NCBI GenBank assembly: GCA_045596965.1
Contig: JAZODI010000029.1
Span: 20,779 to 84,778, forward strand
Source: Eubacteriales bacterium
Lineage (GTDB): Bacteria; Bacillota; Clostridia; Oscillospirales; QAKW01
Reading direction: 5' to 3'
DNA: 64,000 bases
In this document: one piece after another, positions 54,358 through 61,571 of the stretch
Numbering within the stretch: the first letter of the stretch is position 1
Layout: the number at the start of each line of letters is the position of its first letter
Position numbers and translations under genes: made by a program
The notes under the pieces: model-generated
Seen by the model: only the letters and a program-made list of their open reading frames with translations
The model's database searches: none
What the model was told of the DNA's origin: nothing

Positions 54358-54984
54358 ATGATTAGAATTTTCTTTGGGAACCCTGGATGCGGTAAGACAA
54401 CTTTGGCTTGCCGTTTACTCCGTAAGCATCAAAAGCGTATTCAAAAACAAAAATCACCCTATAAACATTTGTATTCTAATTTTGAAAATACTATTTCCCA
54501 TAATGTCTCTCTTGTTGGCCTTGGTACTTGGACATTCCCTATTAAGAGTTATGTTGTAGTTGATGAGGCGGGGATCGAATATAATAACCGTAAATTTAAA
54601 TCCTTAGATAAAGAGACTATTGCATGGTTTAAACTACATAGACATTATCTTTGTGATGTTGATTTTATTTCTCAATCTTGGGAGGATATCGATATTACTG
54701 TACGCCGTCTTGCTGATGAATTATGGTATGTTCGCCGTCTTGGTCCTTTTACTATGATTCGTAGGATTTATAAAAGAGTTGGCGTTGACAATCAAACTAA
54801 ACAGATTATAGATGCATACGAATTAGGCAAAATTTTGCCTTGCATCCTCCCTCCCCCCTTCCACAGAGATAATATTCGCATATTTCTTAGAAAGCCTTAT
54901 TACAAGTATTTTGATAGTTATAGCCGTAAATACTTAAAGACTAAACTTAAAGAAGGCATTATTATTCCGCCTAAAATGAGTTGA
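54358..54984 (+). CDS. Zot-like P-loop ATPase (inovirus assembly protein gI-like)
   Basis: 208 aa. Walker A 'GNPGCGKT' at the extreme N-terminus, Walker B 'YVVVDEAG'. Confidence 0.7.
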   Translation: MIRIFFGNPGCGKTTLACRLLRKHQKRIQKQKSPYKHLYSNFENTISHNVSLVGLGTWTFPIKSYVVVDEAGIEYNNRKFKSLDKETIAWFKLHRHYLCDVDFISQSWEDIDITVRRLADELWYVRRLGPFTMIRRIYKRVGVDNQTKQIIDAYELGKILPCILPPPFHRDNIRIFLRKPYYKYFDSYSRKYLKTKLKEGIIIPPKMS

Positions 54985-54985
54985 A

Positions 54986-55032
54986 GGAGCATAAAAAAAA
55001 GCCGGAGAAGCTTATGCTCCTCCGGCTCTTAT
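54986..55032. terminator. bidirectional terminator (two overlapping hairpins)
   Basis: Stems 'ggagcataa'/'ttatgctcc' and 'agccggag'/'ctccggct'. Confidence 0.7.
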
Positions 55033-55040
55033 TATGCTAT

Positions 55041-55409
55041 TCAGGGTGCTTTAGGAATAACAGTTATTTTGATCGGATGATCAAAATTTGCTTTTGCTAA
55101 CTGTTGTACCATGAAAGGCGTGTATCTGTATTCAGCATAAAGTTCAATTTCCAATTTTGTATCTTGAAATATATTTCCTTCATAACCTTTTGTTAAACCT
55201 AAACAGTTTTTCATGTGATCTTTGTCTGCAAAAAAGTTGACTAATTGATAAAGGTCTTTTCCGTTTTCGTTCCACTCTGCAACCATAATGGCAAGAGCGT
55301 TTCCTGAATAAATGTTGTAGAGAAATTCTCTTTCAGAGCCATCTCTCATTTTATGCGTTTCTTTCCATGTGCCGATTTTGTCAGTGTTAAAATTCCAATT
55401 TAAACTCAT
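55041..55409 (-). CDS. hypothetical protein (prophage accessory gene)
   Basis: 122-aa ORF with a plausible terminator. No recognisable motif. Confidence 0.6.
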   Translation of the reverse strand: MSLNWNFNTDKIGTWKETHKMRDGSEREFLYNIYSGNALAIMVAEWNENGKDLYQLVNFFADKDHMKNCLGLTKGYEGNIFQDTKLEIELYAEYRYTPFMVQQLAKANFDHPIKITVIPKAP

Positions 55410-55856
55410 TTAAAAATCTCCTTTACAAATTAAATATTTTTTGATAAAATGAAAACAAGAGGAAAGACGCGGTAACATCTTCCCTCTTGTCGTTGATTAG
55501 CCTTGCTTATTCTTTGGTTTAACAAGCGTTATAGTGATTTTGATACGATCTAATTCACTTTGAGCTTTTAACGCTTTAACCAAGTTCTGCAAGGCTTTTT
55601 CTATGTTTTCCAATGATCCACCTCCTTTCGGAGCTCTTTTTAGATCCTCTCCTTTCTGCCTGCTCTCGGCAATTTATAAATAAAACCGTCTCACAAGTCA
55701 AGGGAGGAATATGAAAATTTTTTGTCTATTTGTTATATCAAAAAAATTTCATGACCCTTGACTCTTCGTTTTCGTAGCTGCTTACGGCGGTTTTATAATG
55801 AAAAGACCGAGAGAGAAAGAGCGGTAGAAACCCGTCGGAGACATATAAAAAATCGC

Positions 55857-55896
55857 ATAGGCACTATGATCTTGTCATAGTGCCTATCGTTTTTTT
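55857..55896 (+). terminator. strong orphan terminator in the prophage non-coding region
   Basis: 13-bp stem 'ataggcactatga'/'tcatagtgcctat' plus 'ttttttt'. Confidence 0.65.
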
Positions 55897-56124
55897 ATAC
55901 AATATGCGTGCCCCTCCGCGACATAGGGCACGCAATTTATAAGCAAGTTCCGTGCTTTTGCACAAAAACAACCCCTTAAAACGGCTTGGATCACGCTCAG
56001 CTCGTTAGGTTTTATTGTGCAATATGCCGAAACCTGCTTATTGGGTCTCTCTCAAAATTACTCTTTTTGGTAGGTGAATTTAACTAAAAATTAGAATTTT
56101 AGGGGGTTATTTTGTTCTACTTGC

Positions 56125-56319
56125 TTATTTTTCTTTTAAACCGAGAATGTAATCTGTTGATATATTAAAGTGTTTTGACAATATTATTAATTTTTCTCCG
56201 CTTATGTCTGATTTTCCGCTTTCTATATTACTATATTGTTGTTGCGTTGTTTGTAGTAATTTTGCCATGTCCTTTTGTAGTAGATTGTTTTGTTCTCTTA
56301 TTTCTTTAATTCTGTACAT
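56125..56319 (-). CDS. XRE-family HTH repressor (prophage)
   Basis: 64 aa. 'LLQKDMAKLLQTTQQQYSNIESGKSDISGEKLIILSKHFNISTDYILG'. Confidence 0.85.
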   Translation of the reverse strand: MYRIKEIREQNNLLQKDMAKLLQTTQQQYSNIESGKSDISGEKLIILSKHFNISTDYILGLKEK

Positions 56320-56347
56320 AGTTTATCTCCTTTTAAAACAAATAAAA

Positions 56348-56409
56348 TTTGTATTGACAAATACAAATTTAACTTGTATAATCTATTTAGATACAAAATT
56401 AATTTGTAT
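56348..56409 (+). promoter_or_regulatory. perfect consensus promoter embedded in two operator palindromes
   Basis: TTGACA (56354-56359), 17-nt spacer, TATAAT (56377-56382). Palindromes TTTGTATTgacaAATACAAA (56348-56367) and ATACAAAattaaTTTGTAT (56391-56409). Confidence 0.7.
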
Positions 56410-56428
56410 ATTTTAGGAGGGTAATAAA

Positions 56429-56674
56429 ATGATTTGTAGATGTAGGTTTTGTTATGATTGTACTGTTGATTCTTCTTTAGATCCCAGTAATGATTTTTCA
56501 AGTATTTCTATAGGTGATTCTTATAAAGGGTTTCGTATTATGTTTTCTTCGGGTTACGGTAAACCTCCTCGTATTGAAGTTGACTTTTTTAATAATGATT
56601 GTTGGCATACTGTTGCTACTTATTATCCGTCATTTTGTCCTTTTTGCGGTCGTAAATTAGAGTATTTTAATTAG
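56429..56674 (+). CDS. hypothetical Cys-rich (zinc-ribbon-like) phage protein
   Basis: 81 aa. 'CRCRFCYDC' near the N-terminus and 'CPFCGRKL' near the C-terminus. RBS 'aggaggg'. Confidence 0.6.
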   Translation: MICRCRFCYDCTVDSSLDPSNDFSSISIGDSYKGFRIMFSSGYGKPPRIEVDFFNNDCWHTVATYYPSFCPFCGRKLEYFN

Positions 56675-56909
56675 CATGATATTTCTTAATGATATGTTTT
56701 AAAGTTGGAGATATTATTTATACTGGTTGGTTTAGAAAGTGCTTGGTTGTTGAGGTAAAACAAGAACATTTTTGGATATATGCTTTTGATACTGAAAAGT
56801 ATTATTGTGTTTCCTCTTCCCTTGCTGAATTGTTTTATAAACCGATCTTTGATTAATTGACAAAATTGAATATTTTGCGCAGTTAAGGGGAGAGTCACTA
56901 TAATATTAA

Positions 56910-57030
56910 GGGTGTTTTCGTTATCTTAATGTGTTTTGTGTTATCTTAGCGTGCTATGCGCTATCTTAGCTTGTAATGCATTATCTTGGTGTAATTTATA
57001 AAACAATTTTGCTATGCTTTATCTTATCCT
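56910..57030. repeat. iteron array: (T/C)TATCTT(A/G) repeated 5 times, four copies at exact 20-bp spacing
   Basis: Copies start at 56921, 56941, 56961, 56981 and 57019. The flanking 'gtg.t.tg.g' is also partly conserved. Confidence 0.8.
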
Positions 57031-57234
57031 GCTCTAAATTGTTTTAATGTATTTATATTCCTCTAAATATCCATTACGTTAATTCGTTTTACTTACGCAC
57101 GATCTATACTATCAATTAAAATCAAAAATCTTAAATCCCTCTTTTGTATTTAATTTATAATTCTCATTAAAAACAATTTCTTTATAAAGTCATTCATGCT
57201 TTTCTTATGGATACATTTTATTTGCAGTTCATGT

Positions 57235-57603
57235 TTATTTACAGCAACCACATCTGAAGAAGCCTTCCAATTCCAGATAATACTGCCCATTTTTCATAGA
57301 AAAGCCGATTTTTTGAGCCAATTTTGCATTATTGTACGTAAAGCAAACATACTTTACATTATTAATATCCATGATATTCAATATGGCCCTGCAAAGGCCA
57401 TCAAGCATATCTAAATCGCCATCAAACCCACTGATTGATTGGATTTTCCCTTCTTCTCCGGAATAGCTAAAAACCGCACTGTTAAGCCATTTTTCGCCAT
57501 TCATCGTCGCAATAACATGAATATCATGCGACCAAGCGAGCCCTTGCTCTTCACACACCATTTTGGCAATTCTATCATCATTAATTTTCTTGATTTCAAT
57601 CAT
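57235..57603 (-). CDS. hypothetical protein
   Basis: 122-aa ORF ending in 'FFRCGCCK'. No confident family assignment. Confidence 0.6.
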   Translation of the reverse strand: MIEIKKINDDRIAKMVCEEQGLAWSHDIHVIATMNGEKWLNSAVFSYSGEEGKIQSISGFDGDLDMLDGLCRAILNIMDINNVKYVCFTYNNAKLAQKIGFSMKNGQYYLELEGFFRCGCCK

Positions 57604-57729
57604 AAAACACCAATCCTATATATTTTCTTTATTATATTACATAACTTTAATGAAAGCAAGGTTATTTCCGTCTTTTCAGCAACTGACAAGCGACTGTTTG
57701 CATAGAATTCATCATGAGGTGATTATTTT

Positions 57730-58407
57730 ATGTTAATACCGTTGCAAAGCTTTTTGGACCGCACTGTTTTTTTGATGCTCTATCTTTCCGGAGGTGCCAC
57801 TTTTCCAAAGCCTCTCTCTCTTGCTGAAGAACGATACTATTTAGAGCGATTTAAAAACGGAGATTTAGAGTCCCGAAATATTTTGATTGAACGAAATTTA
57901 CGTTTAGTGGCTCATATTATCAAAAAGTACTATGCTACCAGCAAAGATCAGGATGACCTAATTTCCATCGGTACGATTGGGTTGATTAAAGGCGTCTCTA
58001 CATTTGATCATAAGAAAAGCACAAGATTAGCTACATATGCGGCACGATGCATTGAGAATGAGATTCTGATGTATTTTCGCAACCAGAAAAAGCGTCAAAA
58101 TGATGTTAATATTAGTGACCCCATTGACACAGATACCGAAGGCAATGCTCTGACCTTTTTAGACATTGTCTATGAAGAAGAATGTTTCGCCGAAGACCTT
58201 GATCTTAAAATCAACAGTAAAAAACTTTATAAATATCTCGAAGAAATTCCGCAACGGGAAAAGAAAATCTTAATCATGCGTTATGGTCTTTATAATACAA
58301 AAGCACTAACACAAAAGCAGGTTGCAGAAAAGCTTGGAATTTCTCGCAGTTATGTTTCACGCATTGAGAGCAAGGCACTAAAACGACTAAAAGACTATTT
58401 TAAATAA
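57730..58407 (+). CDS. sigK: sporulation sigma factor SigK (intact, with pro-sequence)
   Basis: 225 aa. 'FPKPLS', 'NLRLVAHIIKKY', 'DLISIGTIGLIKG', 'YAARCIENEILMYFR' and 'GISRSYVSRIE' match sigma-K better than sigma-E. No spoIIGA gene upstream. Confidence 0.85.
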   Translation: MLIPLQSFLDRTVFLMLYLSGGATFPKPLSLAEERYYLERFKNGDLESRNILIERNLRLVAHIIKKYYATSKDQDDLISIGTIGLIKGVSTFDHKKSTRLATYAARCIENEILMYFRNQKKRQNDVNISDPIDTDTEGNALTFLDIVYEEECFAEDLDLKINSKKLYKYLEEIPQREKKILIMRYGLYNTKALTQKQVAEKLGISRSYVSRIESKALKRLKDYFK

Positions 58408-58431
58408 AGGCTTCGCAAAGCGAAGCCTTTA
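58406..58431. terminator. bidirectional terminator between sigK and the aspartokinase gene
   Basis: Stem 'aaaggcttcg'/'cgaagccttt'. Confidence 0.75.
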
Positions 58432-58433
58432 TT

Positions 58434-59159
58434 TCATGAAATAATCGTTCCATCAAGATGCTGAAAGCTTGATAGGATTTGAAGTTCGATCTTATGCTTT
58501 TGCGCCAATTCCACACTTTTTCTTTGCAAAACACCCGAACCTTTATCGCAGATCTTCAGCATTTCATCATAGGATAACCGATCGTACTTTTTAGCAGATA
58601 GATCTTTACGCGGATCTGCGTTATAAATTCCATCCACATCTTTATATATGCGGCAATAGTCCGCTTTCAGCGCTGCGGCCAACGCAACCGCTGAAGTATC
58701 AGACCCCCCGCGACCTAACGTAACAGTATTTTTGTCACGATCAACACCTTGAAATCCAGTGATAACTACTGCCCGATTCCGATCTAAATGTTTTTGAATC
58801 TCTTTGACTTCAATCTTCTCGATTTCCCCATATCCAAAATTTCCGTCTGTTATGATCCCGGCTTGTGCGCCGGTCAAAGAAACAGCCGGTATGCCGATAG
58901 CGATTAGGGCAATTGCCAATAAGGCTGCAGAAGATTGTTCGCCGGTTGCAATCAAAGCATCTAATTCCCGCGGATCAGGATCAGGTGCGATTTCAAGCGC
59001 TTTTGCAAGCAGATGGTCCGTAGTATCACCCTGGGCGGAAACCACCGTTACAACTCGATACCCCTCGCTCATTCTGCGTGCAATAATATTTGCGACATTA
59101 TATATGCAAATTCGGTCAGCTACCGAAGTTCCGCCGAATTTTTGGACGAGCAGTCCCAT
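58434..59159 (-). CDS. aspartate kinase catalytic domain only (no ACT domains)
   Basis: 241 aa. 'VQKFGGTSV', 'VVSAQGDTTD', 'GRGGSDTSAVALAAAL'. The ORF ends where ACT domains normally begin. Confidence 0.8.
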   Translation of the reverse strand: MGLLVQKFGGTSVADRICIYNVANIIARRMSEGYRVVTVVSAQGDTTDHLLAKALEIAPDPDPRELDALIATGEQSSAALLAIALIAIGIPAVSLTGAQAGIITDGNFGYGEIEKIEVKEIQKHLDRNRAVVITGFQGVDRDKNTVTLGRGGSDTSAVALAAALKADYCRIYKDVDGIYNADPRKDLSAKKYDRLSYDEMLKICDKGSGVLQRKSVELAQKHKIELQILSSFQHLDGTIIS

Positions 59160-59218
59160 GAAATCCTCCTGTATTTCCAGCGATTTTGACGAATTGATAT
59201 TCTATATTTTATTATATT

Positions 59219-59662
59219 CTACCCACGCTCTTTTGCCACCGGCTTTACACTTAATACACCGTTAAGTTTTGCCATTTCCTGAAGTAGATGTTCCAACTCA
59301 ATTTCCATATTTAACGTTATAAATGAAATTGAAACAGGAGCAATTCCATTCATCGGAACATTCTGATTAATCGTCAGAATACTCGCACCAACCGATGAAA
59401 TTAAGGATAAAACACGCGATAGAGCACCAATTTCGTCGGATAGATACAGAATAATGGTTATGATATTTTGCTTATCCTTTTCCACAAAAACATGCACGCT
59501 ATCGCGGTATTTATAAAAAACGCTGCGCGATATATTCACCTTTTTGGTTGCATCATTCACCGTTTTGCATTGGCCTGTCTGCAATAGTTTCTTAGCCTCA
59601 ATAACCTTCGAGAATATCTCAGGCAATACACTTTTATCGATTAAAAAATATTCTTGGTTCAT
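59219..59662 (-). CDS. ACT-domain protein (UPF0735/PheB-like)
   Basis: N-terminal HTH-like 'TVNDATKKVNISRSVFYKY' plus an ACT fold 'ITIILYLSDEIGALSRVLSLIS'. The ORF opens at 59725; the ATG at 59662 is the likely start. Confidence 0.75.
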   Translation of the reverse strand: MNQEYFLIDKSVLPEIFSKVIEAKKLLQTGQCKTVNDATKKVNISRSVFYKYRDSVHVFVEKDKQNIITIILYLSDEIGALSRVLSLISSVGASILTINQNVPMNGIAPVSISFITLNMEIELEHLLQEMAKLNGVLSVKPVAKERG

Positions 59663-59830
59663 AAAACTTCGTCCTTTATGGATAATCAATTGTTTTTTCT
59701 TCACGAACACTATAACATATTTCACCTATTATATCAAGTAATTTTACTTTTTTATAAAATAACCTTTATTTTTAAATAAACTATGTGTTATAATATTTTA
59801 GAAATAATGGATAGATTTGGGGTACTTAAA

Positions 59831-60964
59831 ATGCTTTCGAAACGCGACTATAAAAAACTGCATTATCTGATTCAGGTTGCATTCACCGGCGTATTCTTAT
59901 TCTTAGCTTATCTTGCGGTACGCTATGTTTTTGGAGCGATTGCGCCCTTTATTATAGCATTCATTGCAGCATCGCTTGTTGAACCTTTAGTTCGTATCAT
60001 GGTGTCGAAATTACGTATCCCCCGCGGAATATCCAGTTCTGTTTGCATTATTTTTTTACTGCTGGTTTTATTGGCGATAAGTGCTTTTCTTTCCACCTAT
60101 ATTTGGAAAGAAGGAAAAACTCTGGTATTTAACATTCCAACCTATGTTAACCAGATTATCGGCCATCTCAAAACCACCGTTCAAAATAATGACGGCATTT
60201 TTGCAAGCATCCCCGATGCTGTTTTGGAAAAAGTTTTCAATTACGTTTCTAATTACGACTACAGTTCGCTTGTAACCGGTTCGGTGGGTGGTTTGGTCTT
60301 GGGCTATGCCGGCGATATGGTCGTGCACATCCCCAACGCAATTGTCTTTTTTATCGTGTCCGTTGTTTCAAGCATTTTCATGTCCATCTCCTTCCCCATT
60401 GTTAAAGGATTTATTCTCGCTCAGTTCAAACCCCGCATGCAAGAATTGATTCTCGACATTAAACGCACGCTTTTTTCCACCGTTTGGAAATACCTTCGTT
60501 CCTATTCCATTCTAATGTTCATCACTTTTGCGGAGCTTTTGGTCTTTTTCCTGATCTTTGGCTTTAAGCCCGCGTTGCCTCTGGCGTTCCTGATTTCAAT
60601 TGTCGATATTTTGCCTGTTTTGGGTGTTGGTACCATTTTGATTCCATGGTCTGCATTCTGTTTACTGACCGGATCCCCATGGCGTGCATTGATCATTATT
60701 TGCATTTATGTTGTTATTACCATTGTCCGCCAGATTCTTGAGCCTAAGGTAATCGGTGACCATGTTGGAATGTTGCCGATTCTGACCCTATTTTGCATTT
60801 GGGTGGGCCTGAAACTCTTTGGTTTCGGCGGTATGTTCCTGATCCCAATCACGGTTGTCATCTTGAAAAATTTGCATGAATCCGGCAAGATTAAAATCTG
60901 GAAACCACTTGTAAATTCTGAAGAAAATAATGAAGGAGGAGAAAATGCAACCGCAGGAATTTAA
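59831..60964 (+). CDS. ytvI: sporulation integral membrane protein YtvI / AI-2E (PerM) family
   Basis: Polytopic protein. 'ISIVDILPVLGVGTILIPW' and 'EPKVIGDHVGMLPILTLF' are typical of the family. The ORF opens at 59783. Confidence 0.75.
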   Translation: MLSKRDYKKLHYLIQVAFTGVFLFLAYLAVRYVFGAIAPFIIAFIAASLVEPLVRIMVSKLRIPRGISSSVCIIFLLLVLLAISAFLSTYIWKEGKTLVFNIPTYVNQIIGHLKTTVQNNDGIFASIPDAVLEKVFNYVSNYDYSSLVTGSVGGLVLGYAGDMVVHIPNAIVFFIVSVVSSIFMSISFPIVKGFILAQFKPRMQELILDIKRTLFSTVWKYLRSYSILMFITFAELLVFFLIFGFKPALPLAFLISIVDILPVLGVGTILIPWSAFCLLTGSPWRALIIICIYVVITIVRQILEPKVIGDHVGMLPILTLFCIWVGLKLFGFGGMFLIPITVVILKNLHESGKIKIWKPLVNSEENNEGGENATAGI

Positions 60965-61538
60965 AGAAAAATTTTGTTCATTGTATCGGTCGTTGATCAA
61001 ACGTGATGGTGCCGAAGAACTATTAGAATATCTTTGCGGGAACGGTTCTGATTTTTTTACCGCCCCGGCCAGCACAAGATTTCACGGCAACTATCCCGGC
61101 GGTCTATGTGAGCATAGCTTGAATGTTTATCAATGCCTTTGCGAATATTTAAAACGACCCTACACAAAAAAACTTTTCGCCAATGAATACAGTGAAGAAT
61201 CAATCGCAATCGTTTCTTTGCTCCACGACCTTTGCAAAGTGAATGTTTATAAAACGTCCATGCGCAACGTCAAAAATGACGCAGGTGTATGGGAGAAGGT
61301 CCCCTATTATGAATTTGACGATAACCTCCCCTATGGTCACGGCGAAAAAAGTGTCTACATTATTGGTGGATTTATGCGCCTGACCCGTGAAGAGGCCTTT
61401 GCCATCCGCTACCATATGGGTTTTTCAGAAGAAAAAGATATTCGAAATTGCTCCAAAGCTTTCGAAATGTACCCCTTGGCATTTGCCTTGGCAACCGCCG
61501 ATATGGAAGCTTCTCTTTATTTAGAAGAAAAACGATAA
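60945..61538 (+). CDS. HD-domain phosphohydrolase
   Basis: 'STRFHGNYPGGLCEHS' and 'LLHDLCK' form the H...HD metal site. The ORF opens at 60930. Confidence 0.7.
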   Translation: MQPQEFKEKFCSLYRSLIKRDGAEELLEYLCGNGSDFFTAPASTRFHGNYPGGLCEHSLNVYQCLCEYLKRPYTKKLFANEYSEESIAIVSLLHDLCKVNVYKTSMRNVKNDAGVWEKVPYYEFDDNLPYGHGEKSVYIIGGFMRLTREEAFAIRYHMGFSEEKDIRNCSKAFEMYPLAFALATADMEASLYLEEKR

Positions 61539-61571
61539 AAATAAGCCTTGCAAATGCAAGGCTTATTTTTT
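61537..61571. terminator. bidirectional terminator between the HD gene and radA
   Basis: Stem 'aaaataagccttgc'/'gcaaggcttatttt'. Confidence 0.8.

Larger units (their letters stand above)
50294..57030. mobile_element. integrated filamentous (inovirus-like) prophage; right boundary approximate
   Basis: Contains a tyrosine integrase, an HUH rolling-circle Rep, a small OB-like ORF, a 61-aa coat-like protein with terminator, a large signal-peptide/TM-anchored protein, a run of tiny TM proteins and a Zot-like ATPase. It also has an XRE switch and an iteron array. Total about 6.7 kb. Confidence 0.65.

Noticed and set aside
55497-55612. Small minus-strand ORF with a very strong RBS (GGAGGTGG) in the prophage non-coding region
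   Set aside because: On careful re-translation the frame hits TAG after 20 codons ('MENIEKALQNLVKALKAQVN'). That is too short to call, so it is mentioned only within the non-coding-region finding.
56689-56856. 55-aa plus-strand ORF ('MICFKVGDIIYTGWFRKCLVVEV...') after the 81-aa phage gene
   Set aside because: It is plausible phage cargo, but it is below the ORF-track cutoff, has a weak RBS and has no motif. That is not enough evidence to list it as a feature.
57604-58407. sigK interrupted by a skin-like element
   Set aside because: The sigK ORF is continuous and full length, with a pro-sequence and regions 2-4. The prophage lies upstream of sigK, not within it.
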